Below are positions 59,867-64,000 of a DNA stretch of 64,000 nucleotides, one piece after another (the stretch's first letter is position 1; each line of letters starts with the position of its first letter). Both the position numbers and the translations under genes were made by a program. Below the pieces are notes generated by a model. That model did no database searches, was not told the origin of the DNA, and saw only the letters and a program-made list of their open reading frames with translations. Source of the DNA: Setoptus koraiensis. Lineage: Eukaryota > Animalia > Arthropoda. The stretch lies in NCBI GenBank assembly GCA_048013815.1, contig CM106585.1, positions 13,764,001-13,828,000 on the forward strand. The letters are read 5' to 3'.

Positions 59867-62431
59867 TCACGTGCACATGACTATTCCTATAGCTGTCAGC
59901 AGATCATGATTCAGATAATTAGTATAGGTGGTATTCTCGATGGGTATTCTGGATATCTGTTGGGTTGCATCCTGGAATATTATATCATCGCCATCATTAG
60001 ATACGAACATCTTGAAAGTGTACTCTTCTGAATATTTGGATCCATAATATTGTTGTCCGTATAGGAATAAGTTCGCGTAAGCGTTGATGAGATCCATCGA
60101 CGAATCTTTGCGAGCAACCATCGCGTTGGAGCTTACCTTGCCCAAGTTACAACTCTTGTATTGATCTATTGGGGCTCTTGATCCATCTCTACAAAGTAGC
60201 TCGAAGTCTTCTTTGATCAAACCTCGAGCCCACGTTTGCCTGTTGCTACCGCCAGTGTTTTCGTATATTGTAGTGTGCTTGCAGAATGCCACTTCTCCAC
60301 CACCCTCAACTAAACATCGGAGAGCTCCCGTGTCACCGTAGAATGGTTCTGAGGCATCCCTGGAACAAAAACTGCGATCAGTACCATGACACAATTCACA
60401 CATATTTCTAATGGTCCAATGACTACCAGGAGCTGGGACTTTATCATTTAGAGTTGGCACATGATAAGACATTACGCCAGGCGCACAAGCCTTGTCGAAA
60501 TATTCTGCAGCCGAATGGGCCGAGTCGCACTGTTGATACGAGCGCATCTTGTCGTTAGATAAAAGAACTCCTAATGGCATCATCCAACCGGCTGCTTTCA
60601 TAAAACCTGAGTGACAAGATCTTTTACCTTTTAAATTAAATAGGTCGGTGGTCGGATCGTTCTTTCTGGCTACTGCTATAGCATAATAACTTGATTCGTG
60701 CATCTCAATTTGTTCGCTAACGATCGGTATCAAATTGAATTTTTTTCCCGCGACGTAGATATCGGCAGCGTCTAAGACAGTTAAATCAGCATCCCTGTCC
60801 TTAATCATTTGCATACAACTTAAAGATGATGAGGCCAACTTACATCCTAGCTCCGGTCTCAAGCCGGCTGCATGAAACGCCTTACTCATGGCTTGACACT
60901 TCAAAAATTCTTTATCAGAATTGACACATAATGTCACCGCAGGTATTGGACATTTTCTAAGCTTCTCAAAATAGTCTAGGAAGGTGTTAACTTGAACTTG
61001 TGAATAGTCAATAAAGGCCTGATATGCGTTGGGATTCATATACGAAGTGGTCGCATGCTGTACAGTAAAGTTGTTCATAAACCCTTTGAATGTTTGCCTG
61101 TAACCATCTAGGGGCTCTAAATCGGTCATGTCGCTACTAAATAGCACATCCAGGGCAGGGTAAGACACAAAAGACCAATCGCCTGTAAGTTTAAATTGAC
61201 TAATTGTATTGTTTGCATAACTTTGATCTATAACCTTCGGTAGATTGTAATTGACCATTGATGCATCGTATGTTTGCTGCACTGGCACTTGATTATATAA
61301 CCTATTGTTGATAGTTTGAGTGGGCGACTGATTTGGGTAAGAGTAGGCAACTGTAGTTAAAGGGCCAGAGAATAGTTGTATCGATGTCCGCAAGAATTTC
61401 TGGATTTTCATTCTCTTTTCAAGGGTAACTCGTGATGACACTACAACTGCATGAGGAGGCACGAAACCGAAATGACAATTTTGCCAATTTTCAACAGGTT
61501 GCCTGCCACCCTGCGGACATAGTAACTCTATATCTAATCTAGACGGGATTTCCGAACGCAGTTCCAGAGGTAGATTGAGTCTCTCTGCCAGTTGCACTGT
61601 GTTGTGTCTAACAAACGCAACATCACCGCCTCTATTCTCCAAACTAGTGACAGCCTCTCCATAAGAGCCAGTCCCTGCTCCCAAGTCTGATAAACATTTC
61701 AGGGTGGCAAAAACACCGTTATATGGATCGTGATGGGCACCTACTCGGCTGCGACGTTCACATAAATAAGACATCTTCTGCGGATTGTCGCCAGTGGGAT
61801 TGAATTTGTTTTTCAAAGCGTTCGGAGCACAGCTATTCCCGAAGAAATAAGAGGCAGACTTTACTAGATTGTTACAATCGGCAATAGTGAATTTTGGCAA
61901 GTCAATCAACGATGCCAATGGTAATGTCCAACTAGCCATGTGACTAACACCTGAGAAGCAAGCTTTTTTTCCAAATAGATCAGACAGAGATTGAATGGTT
62001 GCTTGACTACGTTTCTTGACTATGGCAACGGAATAATGGCCTCTGTCCAGCTTTCCTGGACCATATTTTTCAATCATGATTGGACTCAAACTATGGTAAC
62101 GGCCCGCCACTTCGATCTCTCCCGGATCTAATAGAACGAGATCGGCTCGTTCATCATCTATCATACTCATACATTGATCCTTGTCTATGGCCTGTATGCA
62201 GTCTAAATTCAATTCCAGAGGTTCCTGGCCAAATGATGCCTGCTTATTGACATCCTCAATGGCTTTAGACCATTCGTTACATTTCTTTTGTTCATGAGTG
62301 CTAACGGTGCACCATGATACTCGTTCACGTCTGTAAGGATTTTCTTGGCAGTGGATGGATTGCAAACAATTGAAAAATAATATAAAGAGACACGAGGTAA
62401 TCTTGACCCTAACTGTCATTGTTCTAATCAT
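59867..62431 (-). CDS. Tsf2: Melanotransferrin / Transferrin-2-like bilobed transferrin (854 aa), intronless
   Basis: Signal peptide; two transferrin lobes (WCTVS..EQKKC; YGDTGALRCLVEGGGEVAFCKHTTI; WAR...EDFELLC.DG.RA; NAY.NL..Y.QQ.YG), typical of arthropod Tsf2/MELTF. Confidence 0.85.
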   Translation of the reverse strand: MIRTMTVRVKITSCLFILFFNCLQSIHCQENPYRRERVSWCTVSTHEQKKCNEWSKAIEDVNKQASFGQEPLELNLDCIQAIDKDQCMSMIDDERADLVLLDPGEIEVAGRYHSLSPIMIEKYGPGKLDRGHYSVAIVKKRSQATIQSLSDLFGKKACFSGVSHMASWTLPLASLIDLPKFTIADCNNLVKSASYFFGNSCAPNALKNKFNPTGDNPQKMSYLCERRSRVGAHHDPYNGVFATLKCLSDLGAGTGSYGEAVTSLENRGGDVAFVRHNTVQLAERLNLPLELRSEIPSRLDIELLCPQGGRQPVENWQNCHFGFVPPHAVVVSSRVTLEKRMKIQKFLRTSIQLFSGPLTTVAYSYPNQSPTQTINNRLYNQVPVQQTYDASMVNYNLPKVIDQSYANNTISQFKLTGDWSFVSYPALDVLFSSDMTDLEPLDGYRQTFKGFMNNFTVQHATTSYMNPNAYQAFIDYSQVQVNTFLDYFEKLRKCPIPAVTLCVNSDKEFLKCQAMSKAFHAAGLRPELGCKLASSSLSCMQMIKDRDADLTVLDAADIYVAGKKFNLIPIVSEQIEMHESSYYAIAVARKNDPTTDLFNLKGKRSCHSGFMKAAGWMMPLGVLLSNDKMRSYQQCDSAHSAAEYFDKACAPGVMSYHVPTLNDKVPAPGSHWTIRNMCELCHGTDRSFCSRDASEPFYGDTGALRCLVEGGGEVAFCKHTTIYENTGGSNRQTWARGLIKEDFELLCRDGSRAPIDQYKSCNLGKVSSNAMVARKDSSMDLINAYANLFLYGQQYYGSKYSEEYTFKMFVSNDGDDIIFQDATQQISRIPIENTTYTNYLNHDLLTAIGIVMCT

Positions 62432-62911
62432 ATCTTGAGCCTAAATATGTTTATTTGTACGGTAATATTTTATTCTTTATGTAAACTGACGATATCTTTG
62501 ATTTACTTTCTTTGACGCGAAAGTGAGATTTCAGCAAAAGTGCAAGAATCTTAAGGTGTGGCCAAAGACTTTTGTTTCTCTCAGGTACTGTTGTTATTGT
62601 AATCTTTAGTGCTGCGGCTGTTGTGCAATCAACTTTCTACTCTAATCAATTTCTTATCTTTTCAATGAATATAGTTACTATCATCAACACAATGATATTA
62701 AAATCAGCTTTCTTAGAGTTGCGGTCATCTTTGGATAAGAAGTCGAATTTATTCAATAGTTTTAAATCATAGATTCAAACAAAACTATGACGAACTTTAC
62801 TTTATCTGATCAAACAATTGATAATTATTTCACCTACTATTATAGTACAATATTGTCAATGGAGAGTATATACTCGAAATTATAAAGAATAGGGCTCTCA
62901 TTGGAACCAAT

Positions 62912-64000
62912 TCAACTATTCTTCATATCAACATGTGTGTAGGAGGAGTACAAGGCTTTTTTAGCTGGCGGCGATAGTTTATCTATGTAGGTTTGGGGTT
63001 CAAGTTTAGTCTTGTTAGAGGATATCTCATTGCGCATCTGATTGATTTTAAGAATGCATCTGTGAACGTCATCAGAACTTAATAATCCATAGTCATAGAG
63101 ATTAGCTAAATGAAGAGTTAAATTTTTGTAAAGTTTTTTAGCTAGAATTTCATGGCCGTAATCCTCGATGAAATGATAGCAAGCCCTGGGTATTTTTAAG
63201 TCACTTTTGTATCTACAATTTTGCATAATATGAAGGTTCCAACGTTTTAGTATTTCTTTTTCGCCCTCATTCACATCTGTAAATTCATCAATCATCAATT
63301 GTGTTCGCTCTCTTAACCAAGCGGGATCATTATCAGCCTCACTGTCTATGTCCACCTCATCTGGTTTAACAGGCAAACAGGTGGACGTGTGATAATATAA
63401 TCGATTGCGTATTGGCGCATTATTACATAGGCCCTCATCGCACATGTGATCATTAACTGAGGAGGTTTCGCTGACGATGGGTTTCTTAGATGGACGAGCG
63501 TAAATAACTTGAGTCTGTGTACCAATCAATATATTTTTGCCTTGCCTCTTGATGGGTCCATCGCGCGGTGTAAATCTAAAGTCTCTATTTACATCATGAC
63601 CGGGATGTTTGTAACCACAATAGGAGCCGTCGTAATTCGAATTGATGCCAATGTTAATATTGTAAATACCATTTGAAGTTGCTAGTTCCGATGTAAATCT
63701 TGAGTGGCAGTACTTGAGATGACCTAATAGACTGTGTATATTGCGTCCAGGAACATAACACCATGGACAAGATAGTGACGAATGTTTTGTTGTCTGGCAT
63801 ACTGAGTCCCCGCAATAAAAGTTGTAATGTATGATGACGGATCCCGGAGTGTTCTCTGCCTCGGAACGGATTTTTTCTGAGCGTAGTTTCATATAGGATA
63901 AATTTCTATGCAGAAATAGGGGCGAATCTTTGTGACGCGAAGCGAGATACCTATAGATTTGGGTGGGTGTTTGAAAGACCTCCATAAACCGTTTAAGTTG
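62912..64000 (-). CDS. SUZ12: Polycomb protein SUZ12 (shortened); frame is open to the window edge, so the 5' end is probably outside
   Basis: PTQIYRYL...SPLFLHRNLSYM, C2H2 finger CPWC...HLKYCHSRF, VEFS box NRLYYHT.TCLP...DSE..DP.WLRE.T...IDEFTDVNEGEKE...WNLH. Upstream codons CAA CTT AAA CGG TTT run to base 64000 with no stop. Confidence 0.92.
   Translation of the reverse strand, partial: QLKRFMEVFQTPTQIYRYLASRHKDSPLFLHRNLSYMKLRSEKIRSEAENTPGSVIIHYNFYCGDSVCQTTKHSSLSCPWCYVPGRNIHSLLGHLKYCHSRFTSELATSNGIYNINIGINSNYDGSYCGYKHPGHDVNRDFRFTPRDGPIKRQGKNILIGTQTQVIYARPSKKPIVSETSSVNDHMCDEGLCNNAPIRNRLYYHTSTCLPVKPDEVDIDSEADNDPAWLRERTQLMIDEFTDVNEGEKEILKRWNLHIMQNCRYKSDLKIPRACYHFIEDYGHEILAKKLYKNLTLHLANLYDYGLLSSDDVHRCILKINQMRNEISSNKTKLEPQTYIDKLSPPAKKALYSSYTHVDMKNS

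Overview
Eukaryotic (metazoan, arthropod-like) genomic DNA. The intronless DDB1, RBM19, melanotransferrin, PEX6 and SUZ12 genes and very short intergenic spaces resemble the intron-depleted genomes of eriophyoid mites, but this taxon call is inference only. There are three compartments. (1) 1-7.5 kb: a tandem array of at least 4 roughly 1.8-2 kb units. Each carries a small intronless minus-strand gene for a secreted peptide, with a near-invariant signal peptide and a hypervariable mature part. Three copies have an N-terminal Gln and a C-terminal G-K(K) amidation signal. This is the best candidate for an undescribed system (effector, toxin or signalling peptide family). (2) 9.3-44.6 kb: a 6-exon G-protein beta-5 gene tail-to-tail with a Bicaudal-D-related (BICDR) gene. 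The BICDR 9 kb and 14 kb introns and upstream region are packed with microsatellites, short tandem duplications, perfect inverted repeats and recurrent ACAGGTGA and TTACGTAA motifs. (3) 44.6-64 kb: a compact housekeeping block containing a partial PEX6 duplicate with a double fold-back repair scar, an F-box/LRR gene, PEX6, an orphan ORF, ALG1, COA3, DDB1, RBM19, melanotransferrin/Tsf2 and a strongly shortened SUZ12. No rRNA, tRNA, CRISPR array or recognisable transposon ORF was seen. All counts are hand counts.
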